From NCBI RefSeq assembly GCF_006345805.1, contig NC_043000.1:64790001-64854000 (forward strand): a DNA stretch of 64,000 nucleotides. Reading direction: 5' to 3'. This DNA comes from Octopus sinensis (taxonomy: Eukaryota). The translations under genes were made by a program, and so were the position numbers. Below are positions 36,255 to 52,097 of this stretch, piece after piece (position 1 is the first letter of the stretch; each line of letters opens with the position of its first letter). The notes beneath the pieces are model-generated. The model worked only from the letters and a program-made list of their open reading frames with translations, made no database searches and had not been told where the DNA came from.

Positions 36255-36685
36255 TTTTATCATTTATTTGTTTTGTCACTAAATTGTGGTCATGCTGGGG
36301 CATCACCTTGAGGAATTTTAGTCAAACTAATACATCCCAGGACTCATTTTCTTTTTAAGCCTGGTACTTATTCTATCAGTCTCTTTTTGCTTAACCACTA
36401 AGGTGTGGCAATGTAAACACACCAACATTGGTTGTCAAGTAGCGGTGGGGGGCAAACGCAGACACAGAGACACATGCTCATTGATATATCTATATCTATA
36501 TATATATATATACACATGTGACAGGCTTCTTTCAGTTTCCATTTCTGTCTACCAAATCCACTCACAAGGCTTTGGTCAACCTGACGCTATAGTAGAAGAC
36601 ACTTGCCCCAAGGTGCCATGCAATGGGACTGAACCCAGAACCATGTAGTTGGGAAGAAAGCTTCTTACCACATAACCACGCCTAT
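36255..36685 (-). mobile_element. SINE family A
   Basis: Reverse-complement match. Confidence 0.88.
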
Positions 36686-37119
36686 ATTGAATTATGTGCA
36701 GTAGGAATTCATCAGAATGGTATACTGAACCAAATATCTGTTTTCCTAAAATCCAAGATAAATATCAAAATTATTGACTTACACAGGCTGCCAATCACTG
36801 CACTGCATGTCAGCTATCTAGTGGTCAGCCAGAATTAATACTGTGAAGTCATTTACATCAAATTTTAATGATGTTAGATTTCTCAAATAGGATATTCTGA
36901 AACTTAATCTGATGCCAAACACCAGAAGTGATGTAACAGAAACTAAGGAACTGTAAATCCTTTTAACACCAACCTGCTGGAGACTGTCCCTTATTCTATG
37001 ATATAAACTTTCTGTTTTAAAGTGATCTGAATTAGAATTCCATCAAAATTTCATGTTAATTTATGTTCCAAAAAAAAAATAAACTAAATTCTTCTTTATT
37101 TTGAAAATTATCTGAATAA

Positions 37120-37865
37120 ACAGAAATATGGTCTTAAAAGAGTTCAATACATGTTCTCTTTCAGACACATACTTGTGTTATCCATCTTGTTCCACATTAT
37201 TGCTTGCATTAATATCTGTAACATAATCTTAAAGGAGAGAGATGTCATTTCTGATATTGAAGTGGACAACATTGAAATGCTTGTTAAAAATCTACAGAAA
37301 CTGCAAGATCAATTTGACTCTTTGCTGATAGAATCAAAGCATGTTACTAACAGCCTACAAAGTGAAATTAACTTACAGACAAATAAAAGAAAGCAAAAAG
37401 GAATATCAGGACTGTAACCAGCCAAGAGATGAAAGGATCCTGACACATAAGCAGAATCATTATATCAGACATTTGCTTTTCATGCTATTGTTAATTCTGT
37501 CTTTGGTTGTCTAACAGTGTAGATTTGAAGCTGCTAAGAAAATTTCTGATACTTTATTCATTCCACTGGAAATACCAATCAATATCAGAAAATCATTTGC
37601 TCAGGAATGGTATGTCATTTACAGAAATTTACAATACAGATATAAGTGGCAAAGAACTTGTAAATAAATTAATTAACATGAAAACTATGATGTACCTTGG
37701 TAGCATTGAAGAAAAACAAGTTGGAAAACATCATCCAAACTCTTTGTGTATCACTCCAGATTTTTTCTCACAATGTCTGCAACAACAGCCACAGCAAAAT
37801 GTTCTTTGTTCAGTAAGCTTAAACTGGTAAAAGAACTATTTCAGAACAAACATGCTCTATTGGCT
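37120..37865 (+). mobile_element. hAT transposase C-terminal remnant
   Basis: ...HPNSLCIT..FLTMSATTATAKCS.FSKLKLVK.YFRTNM resembles the hAT dimerisation motif PNLxxxxxxxLTxPxTxAxxERSFSxLKLIKxxLRxxM; frameshifted. Confidence 0.75.
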
Positions 37866-37878
37866 TTATAGCTTGACC

Positions 37879-37879
<1 letters not shown>

Positions 37880-37917
<38 letters not shown>

Positions 37918-37933
37918 TATATATGTATATATG

Positions 37934-37965
<32 letters not shown>

Positions 37966-37969
37966 ATAT

Positions 37970-38015
<46 letters not shown>

Positions 38016-38105
38016 CATACATATAAATATATATATACATACATATATATATACATACATACACACATATATACATACATATACATACATACATACATAC
38101 ATACA

Positions 38106-38141
<36 letters not shown>

Positions 38142-38145
38142 TACA
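37880..38145. repeat. Compound (TA)n/(TACA)n microsatellite
   Basis: Directly visible. Confidence 0.97.
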
Positions 38146-39329
38146 TACATCATTTTTTCTCTCGTTTGTGTATTTAACTCGTTTGTTTCATACTTCATGT
38201 TGTTTATCGTTGGTGATGTCCTGCACCCATATATGCACACACACACACACACACACACACATACATACATACACATATATATTATTTATATCATTATTTA
38301 ATTGAATGTCACACACCCATTTCCAAGTAAGTTTATCTTAACCTTTTTGATGTGACTTTACTCTATACTGTTTTCTCCCTCATCCTTCTCTAATTCCCTT
38401 TTCTCCCCTTTACCGTTTTCTATCTGTCTCTCTCTCCTCTTTCTCTTTTTGTCTCTCACGTTGCTCACATGTGACCATTGTCCATCTTTCTTTTCCTCAG
38501 TTGACCATCTTTCTTTTCTTCTACAACATCCTAAGGACTGGACATCTTCTATCACTCTCTTCTAACCTTTCTCTTTTCAAAGAAAATATTTCTCCCAGCA
38601 CTCACTATTTCCCCCTTGTTCTGGTCTAACTGACCCTCCATGTTTGTTTTCATTCGATTCTTTGTATGTCTCCACTGTCCTGTTTTTGTTCCCAACTTTG
38701 ACTCTCCATAAATCCAAAATTTTATTTTGGTATTTATGGGAGCAACTGTCTTCGAAGACTCATATTGTTGTTGAATGCTCAAAATGAAGAGTAGATAGAC
38801 AGCTGACAACTGATGAAGGGTCGTTCTTTGTGTTACTTATCCTCTTTTCCATTTTTTCTTGCATTGATTGCGTATCTAACTCATTTGTTTTCATACTCCA
38901 TGTTGTTTACTGTTGGTTACTTCCTGTACCCATATATGTCACCAGCAGAGGTAAGAGCTCTTTGAACTTTGCCCAGGCTATTCTTATTCTAGCAGCTACA
39001 CTTTCAGCTCACCCTCTCCAGCTACTGACTTGATCATCTAGGTAACGGAAGCTATCAACTACTTTTAGTTTTCCTCCCTGGAATGTGACAGAAGTTGTTC
39101 TCTGTACTAATCCTGTGATGTCTCAATAAATTTAGCATCAAATTCTATATGCTTTTCTTGAAGTGTGTAAATCTTTTTTGGTGGACTCTGTATATGTATA
39201 TATATATATATATATATACACACACATAAATATATATACACGTACATATATATGCATACATATACATATATAAATATATGCGAGTATGTGTGTGTGTATA
39301 TATATATATATATTATTTTTTTCTTCTAA

Positions 39330-39982
39330 TTCTTTTACTTGTTTCAGTCATTTAACTGCAGCCATGCTGGAGCACCACCACTAGTTGAGCAAATCGACCC
39401 CAGGACTTATATTTTGTAAGTCCAGTACTTACTCTATTGGTTTCTTTTGCTGAACTGTTAAGTTACGGGGACATAAACAGACCAGCATCAGTTGTCAAAC
39501 GATGTTGGGGGATAAACACAAACACAAACATATACGCACAAATATATATCAAACATACACACACACACACACATGACGGGCTTCTTTCAGTTTCCATCTA
39601 CCAAATCCACTCACAAGGCTTTGGTTGGCCTGAGGCTATAGTAGAAGACACTTGCCCAAGGTGCCACGCAGTAGGACTGAACCCGGAACCAAGTGGTTGG
39701 CAAGCAAGCTACTTACCACACAGCCATATATATATATATCACCATCATCATTTAATGTTTGTTTTCCATGCTAGCATGGGTTGGATGGCTTCACAGGAAC
39801 TGGCAAGGCTAAGGGCCACAACAGGTTCCATAGTCAGTTTCCGTCTACCAAATCCACTCACAAGGCTTTGGTTGGCCCGAGGCTATAGTAGAAGACACTT
39901 GCCCAAGGTGCCACGCTGTGGGACTGAACCGGAACCATGTGGTTCGTAAGCAAGCTACTTACAACACAGCCACTCCTACGCT
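39330..39982 (-). mobile_element. Family A SINE (39330-39725), short RTE tail piece (about 39743-39800), second family A head (39830-39982)
   Basis: Reverse-complement matches to each module. Confidence 0.85.
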
Positions 39983-39984
<2 letters not shown>

Positions 39985-40014
<30 letters not shown>

Positions 40015-40138
40015 TAATACATTATATATATATATATACATAAATATTATATATATATATATATATATTTATTATATATATATATATAATATATATATAT
40101 ATATATAATAAATATATATATATATATATAAATATATC

Positions 40139-40185
<47 letters not shown>

Positions 40186-40231
40186 TATATATAAATAAAT
40201 ATATATATCTATATATATATATAATATATAT

Positions 40232-40305
<74 letters not shown>
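39985..40305. repeat. Interrupted (TA)n tract
   Basis: Directly visible. Confidence 0.97.
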
Positions 40306-40307
<2 letters not shown>

Positions 40308-41009
40308 CTATTAATTAGACATGGCCTGGGCCAATAATGGCCGAAACCTATCAAAGTATCAAAGTATATATATATATGTATATACATATATTCTTCCAGG
40401 TAGGGTAACAGTGAGAAATAAATTCATTTTGAGAATAAGTTAAAGGAATAATACTTGCAACTATTGAAAAAAAGAAAAAGAGAATGAAAGAAAGATGCTT
40501 AGTATAGTTTTGTGATTCAGTAGAAATGTAATATAGTAGAAATGATGAAACAAAAATAAGTAGGTGCCTCAGTTGTGTTTTGTGGGACTGAAGAACATTA
40601 CTGGATCAGAATCTATTGCAGAAATACTGGTAAGGATAGGCAGAGGACTTAGCATTTTGATGGGCTACTGATAGCTGGATGATATATTGAATCTTTATGA
40701 TATATTGAATACTTTACACAGTGCAAACACTGTGTAAAGTATTCCTCTCTTATATGTGGCTGCTCTACTGTCACAGATACATGAGTAATACTTTAATGTG
40801 GAACACATTTTGTCTGAAATGGAAGCCTAGTTTTGGCTCTCTTATAGATGGATAGGCTAGTCTTGGCTATGTTATAGGTGGATAGTTGCCACAAAAGGTT
40901 ATCTTCAATTGAATCTTTTCAATAAAGATAATGGTGTTATATGAAATTTTAATGTACTTATTGCAACTTCTAGAGAAATTAAGCACACCAATAATTATCA
41001 TCATCATCG

Positions 41010-41054
<45 letters not shown>

Positions 41055-41094
41055 GTTGTTGTTGTTGTTGTTGTTGTTGCTATTATTATTAAGA

Positions 41095-41879
<785 letters not shown>

Positions 41880-42204
41880 GTAGTAGTAGTAGTAGTAGTA
41901 GTAGTTGTTGTAGTAATGGAAAATTATGGCTGTTTTGACCTTAATGAGTTCCTGCAATATAACTGCAGTTTATATAGTAATTAGTAATTTGAATGTATCC
42001 ATCTAAATGTCTTCCTATGAGATGAAAATTAATAATTAAATATAATTGAGAAACCTTAATTATAGTTTTCAGAAAAATGGTTTGCATACAGAACGTTTGG
42101 ATTTGGAAGTATCTTTAAATTGTTCATAATTTGGGAAATTTTGGATATGCGATTGATTTCAATTTTAATCAAACATACTTCATAAGAAAAATAGATAAGA
42201 AGGT

Positions 42205-42600
42205 GCAGGTGTGGCTGTATAGTAAAAAGCTTGCTTTCCAACCACATGGTTCCAGGTTCAGTTCTTCTGTGTAGCACCATAGACAAGTGTCTTCTACCGT
42301 AGCCCCAGGCTGACCATTGCCTTCTGAGTGGATTTGGTAGATGGAAGCTGAGAAAAGCCTGTCATATGTGTGTGTGTGTGTATGTGTGCCTCTCTGTCTG
42401 TGTTTGCTTCCCTGCTCCCCCATTTGACAACTGGTGGTGTTGTGTTATGTCCCCATAACTTAGTGGTTTGGCAAAAGAGTCCGGTAGAATAAATACCAGG
42501 CTTAAAAAAAAAAGAAAGTGGTGGGGCTGATTTGTTTAACTAAAAGTTCTTCAAGGTGGTGCCCCAGCATGGTCGCAGTCTGAAAGATAAAAGTCTGGTA
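42205..42600 (+). mobile_element. SINE family A
   Basis: Full match. Confidence 0.88.
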
Positions 42601-42914
42601 AAAAGAGACTAAAATACACATGAAGTACAACATGCTTGCTAACCTTTGTAAAATAATACAATGGATAGTGTCTGTGAAGTTATTTTTGGAGGTAAGGTTG
42701 TCAGATATTCTCTTGGCTGCAGACTGATATATCACCTGAATATTCCTCTCTTACAGGTCTTGTTCTAATATTACAGACACTCTTATAAGATATTTAAAGC
42801 TGAGCATTTGCTTTTCATTGCAGAAGGTTTGGTTTCTGCTTTGTAAGAATATCTGACAGCTTATAAGAAACTGAGCTGCACATTTTGATTTATTTGTCTA
42901 TTAAAGTTCCATCA

Positions 42915-43140
42915 TGGAGGCACATGGCTTAGTGATTAGAGTGTTGCACTCATGACTGTAAGATTGCAGTTTTGATTCTTGGACCGAGAAATGTGTTGTG
43001 TTTTTGAGCAAAAGACTTCGTTTCACATTGCCCCAATTCTCTCAGCTGCCAAAGAGGAATAATCCTCTGTGACAGACCATAATCCTGTCCTGTTGGAACT
43101 ACATACACCACTGAATTTGGAAAGCTGGCCTTATGAATAA
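42915..43140 (+). mobile_element. SINE family C
   Basis: Same head and body as 11240-11490. Confidence 0.8.
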
Positions 43141-43254
43141 CTATTTGAAATCTTGTTTTTTTTCCATACATAGAAATAAAGTCATAGTCTCATTTGATTT
43201 TTATAGCTATACAGCTGTGGTAAATAGCAATTTTCAGAGCCAGCAACATATATA

Positions 43255-44104
43255 CAGGGTGTGATGGGTAAATTGTCACCTTTTTATATTTTTAATTTCG
43301 TGCATGCGCATTGTTTGTTTTTGATTTTGTTGACTACTCAGTATTGTAGGGTCAGTTGAGCACCATCTGTGATAAAACCAGCACCATGATGCAATTCACT
43401 CTGCCAGAAATTTGGAAGTGACATGCTGTACTGCTTGGCATTCGTGCCAGAAGTTCCACTACGAACATTTCAGAGTATTTGGGTGTCAATTGTGAGGACA
43501 GGTACCGAGAGTGATAAAAATCAAACATCCAGTCAACATCATGGTATTTGGAGTGATCACTAGTGATGGTGACATTATACCTCCATTTATCTTCTCACAC
43601 AGCCTCAAGCTCAACATGGAGGCCTACATCAAGTTCCTGGAGGAGGTAGTGCTGCTCTGGCTCAAGAGAGTGGCTGCAGGAAGACCCTATGTCTGGCAAC
43701 AGGACTCTGCCTCATGCCACACAAGCAGGGGAACCCAGTTGTAGCTGTCAGACAATTTCTGCAACCACATCACCCCTAACATCTGGCCACCTAACTCTCC
43801 AGACTGTAACCTCCTTGATTATTATATGTGGGTGGCAGTTGAGCGAGAGACCAACAAAACTCCTTGTAAAATCAAAGATGAACTGAAGGCAAGGATTATG
43901 GCAGCAGTCCAAAAGAGTTGCAGGAGATTCCGAAGTTGTCTGGAGGATGTGGTTGAAGCCAATGCCGATTTTATTGCCTAAATTTACTCTTTAGTATTTC
44001 AAGATATTTTTATGTAATTTTGGTAAATATATCTGTTAAAATGAGATGTCAGTGTTATTTTCGTTTTTGCATAGTTTAGATGACAATTTATTCATTGCAC
44101 CCTG
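43255..44104 (+). mobile_element. Internally deleted maT (DD37D) Tc1/mariner element with both TIRs
   Basis: TIRs cagggtgtgatgggtaaattgtcacc / gatgacaatttattcattgcaccctg. QQDSASCH...WPPNSPDCNLLDYY with 37 residues between the last two Asp. Confidence 0.9.
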
Positions 44105-44720
<616 letters not shown>

Positions 44721-44867
44721 ACATGCATATGATAGTCACAAATTTTTCCTTTATGGCACAACATTGCACCTAGCTGTTTATATTAATTTACACACACACA
44801 CACAAACACATATAGATATATATATGCATACATACATATATATGTATATATGTACAGCATCATCATC

Positions 44868-45180
44868 ATCATTATCATTTAATGTTGACTCAGGTTGGAT
44901 GGTTTGACAGGAACTGGTAAGCTGGAGGACTGTGCTGAGCTCTACTGAGCTTTGACATGGTTTCTACAGCTGGATGCCCTTCCTAATACCAACCACTTTA
45001 CAGAGTGTACTGAGTACTTTTTAAGTGGCACTAGCAAAGGCATCAAGTAACATGCAAGATAAAGACTCCTCAACTGAAAAGGCGAATGATATTGATGGAG
45101 ATAGGTTTGTGCCAGGTGATGAGCGGTTAAAGTATGATAAGACAGAAACAAGTGTCTTGATATGGAGGAGATAAATAACT

Positions 45181-45200
<20 letters not shown>
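44868..45200 (-). mobile_element. Non-autonomous element or fragment with RTE-type 3' end
   Basis: (CAT)n then ctacagctggatgcccttcctaataccaacc, the revcomp of the RTE tail. Confidence 0.75.
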
Positions 45201-45230
<30 letters not shown>

Positions 45231-45529
45231 TGGTTTTGAGGATGTGCCAGGGCATACCTTCAAGGTGCAAAGAGAAGAATGTAAGTGGAATGGTACAGAG
45301 GATTGGACAGAGTGAGTGAGCAAGGAGTTCATGAAGGTGCAAAAGGAGAATAGGGGAGAGGGAAGGAAAAGGGGAATGCTATACATGGTGAATATAGGTA
45401 TATAGGAGAGTAGCAGGACAGCAATTATATAATTAGTGGGGAAGGGGGCAGGAAAGAGAGGTGACAAAACAGCATTGGTCTAAAGGAGCATGGATTGGGA
45501 GAGGCAAGCGTAGTGCATAGTGAGATATA

Positions 45530-45776
45530 CTCTTTCTCTTTTACTCTTTTACTTGTTTCAGTCATTTGACTGTGGCCATGCTGGAGCACTGCCTTTAGTC
45601 GAGCAAACTGACCCCAGGACTTTTTCTTTGTAAGCCTAGTACTTATTCTATCAGTCTCTTTTGCTGAACCGCTAAGTTACAGAGACGTAAACACACCAGC
45701 ATTGGTTGTCAAGTGATGTTGGGGTGGGGGGGACAAACACAGGCACACAAACATATACACACACATACATACAAAC

Positions 45777-45849
<73 letters not shown>

Positions 45850-46017
45850 AATACTACGGCCTTCTTTCAGTTTCCGTCAACCAAATCCACTCACAAGGCT
45901 TTGGTCGGCCCGAGGCTATAGTAGAAGACACTTGCCCAAGGTGCCATGCAGTGGGACTGAACCCCGAACCATGTGGCTGGTAAGCAAGCTACATATCACA
46001 GAGCCACTCCTATGCCT
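45530..46017 (-). mobile_element. SINE family A, low divergence
   Basis: Full reverse-complement match with internal (TA)n. Confidence 0.93.
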
Positions 46018-46487
46018 ATAGTTTGGTTCATTTAGAGGTGGAGGTGAATTAACGTAATGTGTTGGGGAAGCGCGAATAATACGCAGTACTTCCAGAACTC
46101 AGTTTCACTGAGGTGGATGAGTCTTCTCAAGAATCTCATACTGCCAGACATTGCAATCCATTGTCATCTCCCTTGTGAGGCTCAACATTTTGAGGTTGGC
46201 CCTTACTACTTCATCCCTAGGTTCCTCTTCTTCAGGTTCCCTCCATTTTAAGTGATCTACACTTCTTTATACATCTGTCCACATTCATATGCATCACATA
46301 TCCAAACCATCAAAGTCTTCTCTCTTGAATGCTACAGTAGATTCCTATTATGCCTAATTTTTTCTCAACCTATTTCATACTTTTTCATACATGCACACTG
46401 TCATGGCACATCTATCAAAGCATACAAACTTCATTTCTCTCTAGTTAACACATGTCCTCTGCATTCAGGGCCCATGTTTCACTAGGG

Positions 46488-46825
46488 TAAAAGAGTAAAG
46501 ATCCCCTTCAGTCATGAATGACCAAGGGACTGCACCTAGAAAGTTACCATTGGTGGCACATGTCTGGGCAAGGTTGTTTATAGAAGACCAGCAGTCACCC
46601 ATGTATACAAGCCTCCTCTCTCTATGCCACTGATAGTATCCAAGGAAAAGACAAAGGCTGATACAGCTTGGTATCAGTGACCTTGCAACTCATTTCTTCA
46701 GCTGAATGTACTGCAACAATGTGAAATAAAGTGTCTTGCTCAAGTACACAACACAGCCTGATCCAGGAATCGAACTCACTACCTCATGATTGTGAGCCTG
46801 ATGCTCTAACCACTGAGCCATTCAT
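46488..46825 (-). mobile_element. Family C-type head with a different tail
   Basis: Head revcomp tggctcagtggttagagcatcaggctcacaatc...gagttcgattcc; tail unlike that of 11240. Confidence 0.75.
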
Positions 46826-47485
46826 GGAGCATAAATTATTCATACACAAGCCTCATACAATCTACCTTTCTGAGAGAGAGAGAGGCCTTTTGTTGCCAAC
46901 AGAGGTAAAAGCTCTCTGAACTTTCTCCAACCTATTCTTATTCTAGCAACTATACTTTCAGAGTATCACCCTTCACTGCTAATTTGGTCACCTAGATACC
47001 AGAAACTATCTACCTCTAGGGAGCCTTTCTGAATATTTGAGAATATCTAATTCCATGTGTCCAAAGTGTTTAATGTTTCTGCACATCTGCCACCTTATCT
47101 ATCTCTCTCTCTATATATAAAGGTTGAAGCAGAATGAGTAGCTTTGCTGTTAATGAACTGGACATTAATTTTAGCCACCAGGAAATAAGCACTTCCAGTA
47201 TGATAAACAAGTTTGATCATGCTAAATGTGTATTAAAACAACATTGCTAAGGTATCAAGTTTGAGTTAATGTCTCTACTGTAAAGGTTTAGTGCTAATTA
47301 TCATAAATATATAGCTTACTGAGTTGTTACATAGGTAGCCTTTCAAGTCATTTTTTTTTTCAAAACACACAGTAAAGTTACATGTTTTTCCATAATATAT
47401 GAAATAAACTGAAATGTAATTTAAGACTGGTTGCTCTTAAAAAATGCCAAAGGCAGGTTGTGCATGCATGTATGTGTGTGTTGTG

Positions 47486-47552
<67 letters not shown>

Positions 47553-48394
47553 TGTGCATACATGTTCATGTCATCTTTTGTTATTTCAGTAAAATAAGAA
47601 AGTATTCTTCCATAAAAGAATCTTGCAGAATGTACCGCTGATACATGTTTGTATATAATTCATAGTTCTTTTTGTAGTTTACAAACATAATTGTCTTCAG
47701 TTGTTTGGTTTCACTAGAACTTTGCCATTTGGTTATTGTTTTTCCTGTCCAAAAGAAAATTCATAAAATAAATGGGAAAGAATTGTTCTTTTCTTTGCAA
47801 CAGCTGAAAAATAAACTATATTTTCTTGACATTGATTTCTTTGAGTAAGTGTAAGGAAATCCATCACACCTAATACCGCATTAAGTCTAGACTGGTTTCC
47901 TGTTTGTTTGGTCAATAATTATGCAGAGAAAATTTCTTCAGTATCAAAGCTTATTTGGAATGAAATCTCCATTACTAAGTAAACATCTGTAAGAGTTACT
48001 TAAGTACCAGTAATTCCTATAATTACAGAAGGGCACTGATAAAAGTGTGTTGGCTATAGGTATGTATATAACTTTATAAAGATAGTTGAGCAAATCATGT
48101 TGTTATTGTTTAATTTGAAGTCAGCATTGATTTAGTAGATGCTTGACCATCCCATCTCTTGTTTGGAGAAAGCACATCAAAGTATTAATTAATATGTCCA
48201 TCTTTCTTTTTCAAGATGGTACAGTGCAATATGAGGGAGATTCAGCTACTTTTTCAAGAAGTGCCCTCACTGGCTCAGAAAAAAGTCTAGCGAATCACTT
48301 AGATGCTTATCCTTTCTGTTATTAAGATAACAAAGTTTAAATTTTGCCTGGAAAAGAGAAAGAAATTAACTTTACAGCTTCTTTAGTGTGAAAT

Positions 48395-48625
48395 ATGTTG
48401 GTAATCCATCAGTGTCCAATGACGACAAAGTCTATGTTCTCATTGATGAGAGTGCATGTGACTCAGCAGTCCAGGTGCCTACAGGTGTCACAATGATAGT
48501 CTGTTGTCTGAACTGAGGCAGACACTGCCCTGTGACATCTGTCTCTTGCAGTAGCAATATGCTGTTGCTGGTCCTCCTCAAAGGCAGCTGCTGCTACTCA
48601 TGAGGTGAGAGACCGCAACACCAAT
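48395..48625 (-). mobile_element. Old RTE-like ORF C-terminal remnant
   Basis: AAAAFEEDQQQHIATARDRCHRAVSASVQTTDYHCDTCRH resembles the FE..R......R..R...C..CGR C-terminal zinc-finger region of RTE ORFs. Confidence 0.55.
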
Positions 48626-49854
48626 CTGTATGGTGAGCGCATTCAGGGCTTATGCAAACAAGGAAATGGAAGTGTGAAAGGAATTCTACTGCAAACAACA
48701 TTTAGTTCAGGTTAATTGCAATCCTCTTCTAAAGTAAAGATATGTGGCCCAGTGGTTAAGCAACTTAGGCTCTTCTTAATCATAAGATTTGTGGGTTTGA
48801 TTCCCAGTTCAGAAGGTGCAGTGTGTCCTTGGACAAGACACTTTACTTCATATTGCTTCAGTCCACTCAGCTACAACATTATAAAAAACACAACATTATT
48901 TGATATCAAGCACAGTGGTCTTGAAGAACCTGAAAAGATTATGAGCACTGCTCCTTCCACCAGATCCAGCAAGTATAGAAAATTCAAGTTTGTATATCTG
49001 CTGGTGGTCTTTTGTAGCATATCCCTATAATTTGAGACCCATAACATTTTGAATTGATTTATTATCAAACAGAATTTAATGTCATTATACTGTACAACTC
49101 TTGTAAAAATGGCTAACTGACAAAATCATTAGAGTATTGAAAAATACTTTGCAGTACTTCTTTTAGCTCTTTAAGTTCTGAATTCAATTCTTGTCAGGGT
49201 CTGCTTTGCTTTTCATCCTTCTGAGATTGAAGAAATAAAGTACCAGTCAAGTACTGGGGTTGATGGTATCTTCATATTCCCTCCCCTCAAAATTACTGGA
49301 TCTGTGCCTAAATTAAAAACAATCATATCATATATCTTCCTTTTAATTTCCCCTTGGACATAGATTAATTTTTTTTCTTAATGAGGAGAGGAAGGACAGC
49401 ACTCATGAGCTTTTTCAGAGTCTCTGAGATTGTTGGGAGGAAGAAGGAAGTTATCCTTTGACAGCAGAGTTAACTCCATTAAGGGTACCTAAGAGCCATG
49501 CAGAAGTCATCTCCATATCCATAACTATAATCAATTATTTATTCTGTTGATCTTAGGTTAGTTGCTAATTTTCCACCTGTGTCTTGTTTGGAAAATCTAT
49601 GAAGTAATTACCAGATAACACTTTTTCAGTCTTTTTAAATGAGCTATTTTTCCTGAGAGCCTTTGTATGGTTATTTGAACAGCTAGAAGTAGCTGTCACT
49701 TGTCTCTCAGATCACACTCTTTGCATTCTATTCAGCCATTTTTAATCTACAAAATGAAACCTCAGCATTCCAATTTAGGCTAATTATGTCTTCACTGTCT
49801 CAACTAAACTCATTACACTCTTTAACTTTTAGTATTATTAACCTTAACTATATC

Positions 49855-50235
49855 CATGTCATTAGAATACAGCATTACATGTTTGATGTTGGCATCTTAA
49901 CGCTAATCCTTTGTATTAAATACATTATTCTATGTTTCATGCTGGTATCTTAACACTGATACTTTACATTAAACACAGCATTACACGCAAGAATAATTCA
50001 TGTCTTTAAAAAAAAATGCATTAAATATAGCATTATGTGTCTGATACTGGCACCATAATAGTAATCTTTTATTGAATACAGTATCACATGTTCCATACTG
50101 ATAATACTAACACCTATCTTTTATATTAAATATAGTATTACAAAGATTAGTAAGACAGGTTTTGATAATACAGTATTAAACTGCAGTATTATGTATTTCA
50201 TACTGTTATCTAAACATTAATCCTTTGTATTAAAA
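49855..50235. repeat. Degenerate ~55 bp minisatellite, about six units
   Basis: Recurring attaaatacagcattacatgtttcatactggtatctaacactaatcctttgt-like unit. Confidence 0.7.
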
Positions 50236-50349
50236 AGAAATTTGCTTTCTTATTGCAAATAGAAGCTATTGCAAATGCATTCTTTTATATTTTGCACCAG
50301 TCTCCTCTGTACTTATTAACAATGATTAGATAACCTTAGAGGTGTAGTG

Positions 50350-50588
50350 ACTATATTCACACACATACACACACGTGTCTCAGAAACACAGAGATGCATG
50401 TGTCTCATACATAAATATACACACATCTCAAACATATTTTACAGATACATGCGTTACATACTAATGAAACTTATGTACACATGCTTCACATACATATGTA
50501 ATCTTCATACATGCATTCCTTGTAGACAACTCCCACTGACATTCACATGCCTCTCATGTACATTACTCACAGACACACACAAATACAC

Positions 50589-50667
<79 letters not shown>

Positions 50668-51190
50668 TCACAGACTTGTCCCCTACTCTCATGCATACAT
50701 CACATACACACATGTGCTAAACTCATGCTTCTCACACCGTATTTATACTTCTCAATCTGACACACATATACTCACACATACATGTATCTCACACTCGCAT
50801 GCCACTCATATGCATGCATGCACACGCACATGCAGACACATGTATGTATATATATAAGATTTACACACACATACCTCATGTACAGATATCTCATGAGTGC
50901 ATATGTGTCACATTCACATGTGATACACGCATACATATATATTTGTACATATTTAACATGTACCATATGCATACATACAAGATACACACACATACCTTAC
51001 ATACACCTCATACAATTCATATACATGCATGTCACACTTGCATACTGCACACACACATACACATTACACACACATGCACACAGGCCATATATATGTGTAT
51101 ATATATATACCACATGCACATACACACACACACACTCACACACACACACACACACAAACATGCTATAGTCATACACAGATACATACACCC
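50350..51190. repeat. CA/TA-rich low-complexity tract
   Basis: Directly visible; source of the H/T/Y-rich ORFs. Confidence 0.9.
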
Positions 51191-51614
51191 AACCGTTCTC
51201 CTCTCCTCTCATCTATATGTATTATATAAAGCGCTGTTTGATGTCTGTACGATGTTGTCATGTTCTATGCAAGAGATGAAAGAAAAATCTACCTTGAGGT
51301 AGCTACAATATACTGAAGAAGAAAATCTCCAAGAGGAAGAGCATTTTAAGCTGATTAAATACAGTCTATTGTTTAGATTCATGTTAACACTTTCATAGTA
51401 ATCATATTCACTTTTGCTAGTCATTACAGCTGCTAAAGCAGGGAGACTGCATTATTGTGGGTCACTTAACCTGCTAGAAATAACTGCTAAATCTCCCTTG
51501 AATCAAACATCCATCATCTCAAACAAGGGAAGATATGATTAATGATTTAACTCTAGATCAGTGTTTTTTAAACCCTTTTTTTTCCTGTCTCCCCTCTCTA
51601 ATAGTTGACTAGTG

Positions 51615-52005
51615 TGGATGTGGGGTAAGAATTTTGCTTCTCACCCACATGCTTCCAGGTTCAGTCTCACTGTGTGGAACCTTGGGCAAGTGTCATCTAC
51701 TATAGCTTTGGGCCAAGCAAAGCCTTGCATGTAGATTTGGGAGACAGAAACTACAAGAAAACAATCTCATATACGTATGTGTGTGTGTGTGTGTGTGTGT
51801 TTGTGTCTGTGTTTGCCCCCACCACTGCTTGACAATCAGTGTTGGTGTGTTTATGTCCCAATAACTTAGCAGTTTGGCAAAAGAGACCAATAGAGTAAGT
51901 ATCAGGCTTTAAAAAAAATGAGTGTTGGGGTTGATTTGTTCGGCTACAATTCTTCGAGGTAGTGCTCCAGCATGGCCACAGTCTGAAACAAGTAAATGAC
52001 AAAAG
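51615..52005 (+). mobile_element. SINE family A
   Basis: Full match. Confidence 0.87.
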
Positions 52006-52097
52006 ATAATCTTAATTTTCCCTCTTATATGGTAATAAAATAAAGTGGTCTGTAGTCTGTGCGATACTTAATAGCCTTGTATTAATTTAACATTAAG

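Noticed and set aside
38810-38835. CTGATGA as a hammerhead core (also gatga-ggg...ccc near 12192)
   Set aside because: No GAAA and no convincing stems.
48400-48720. GC-richer plus-strand open frames as host exons
   Set aside because: Better explained as a minus-strand RTE C-terminal remnant.
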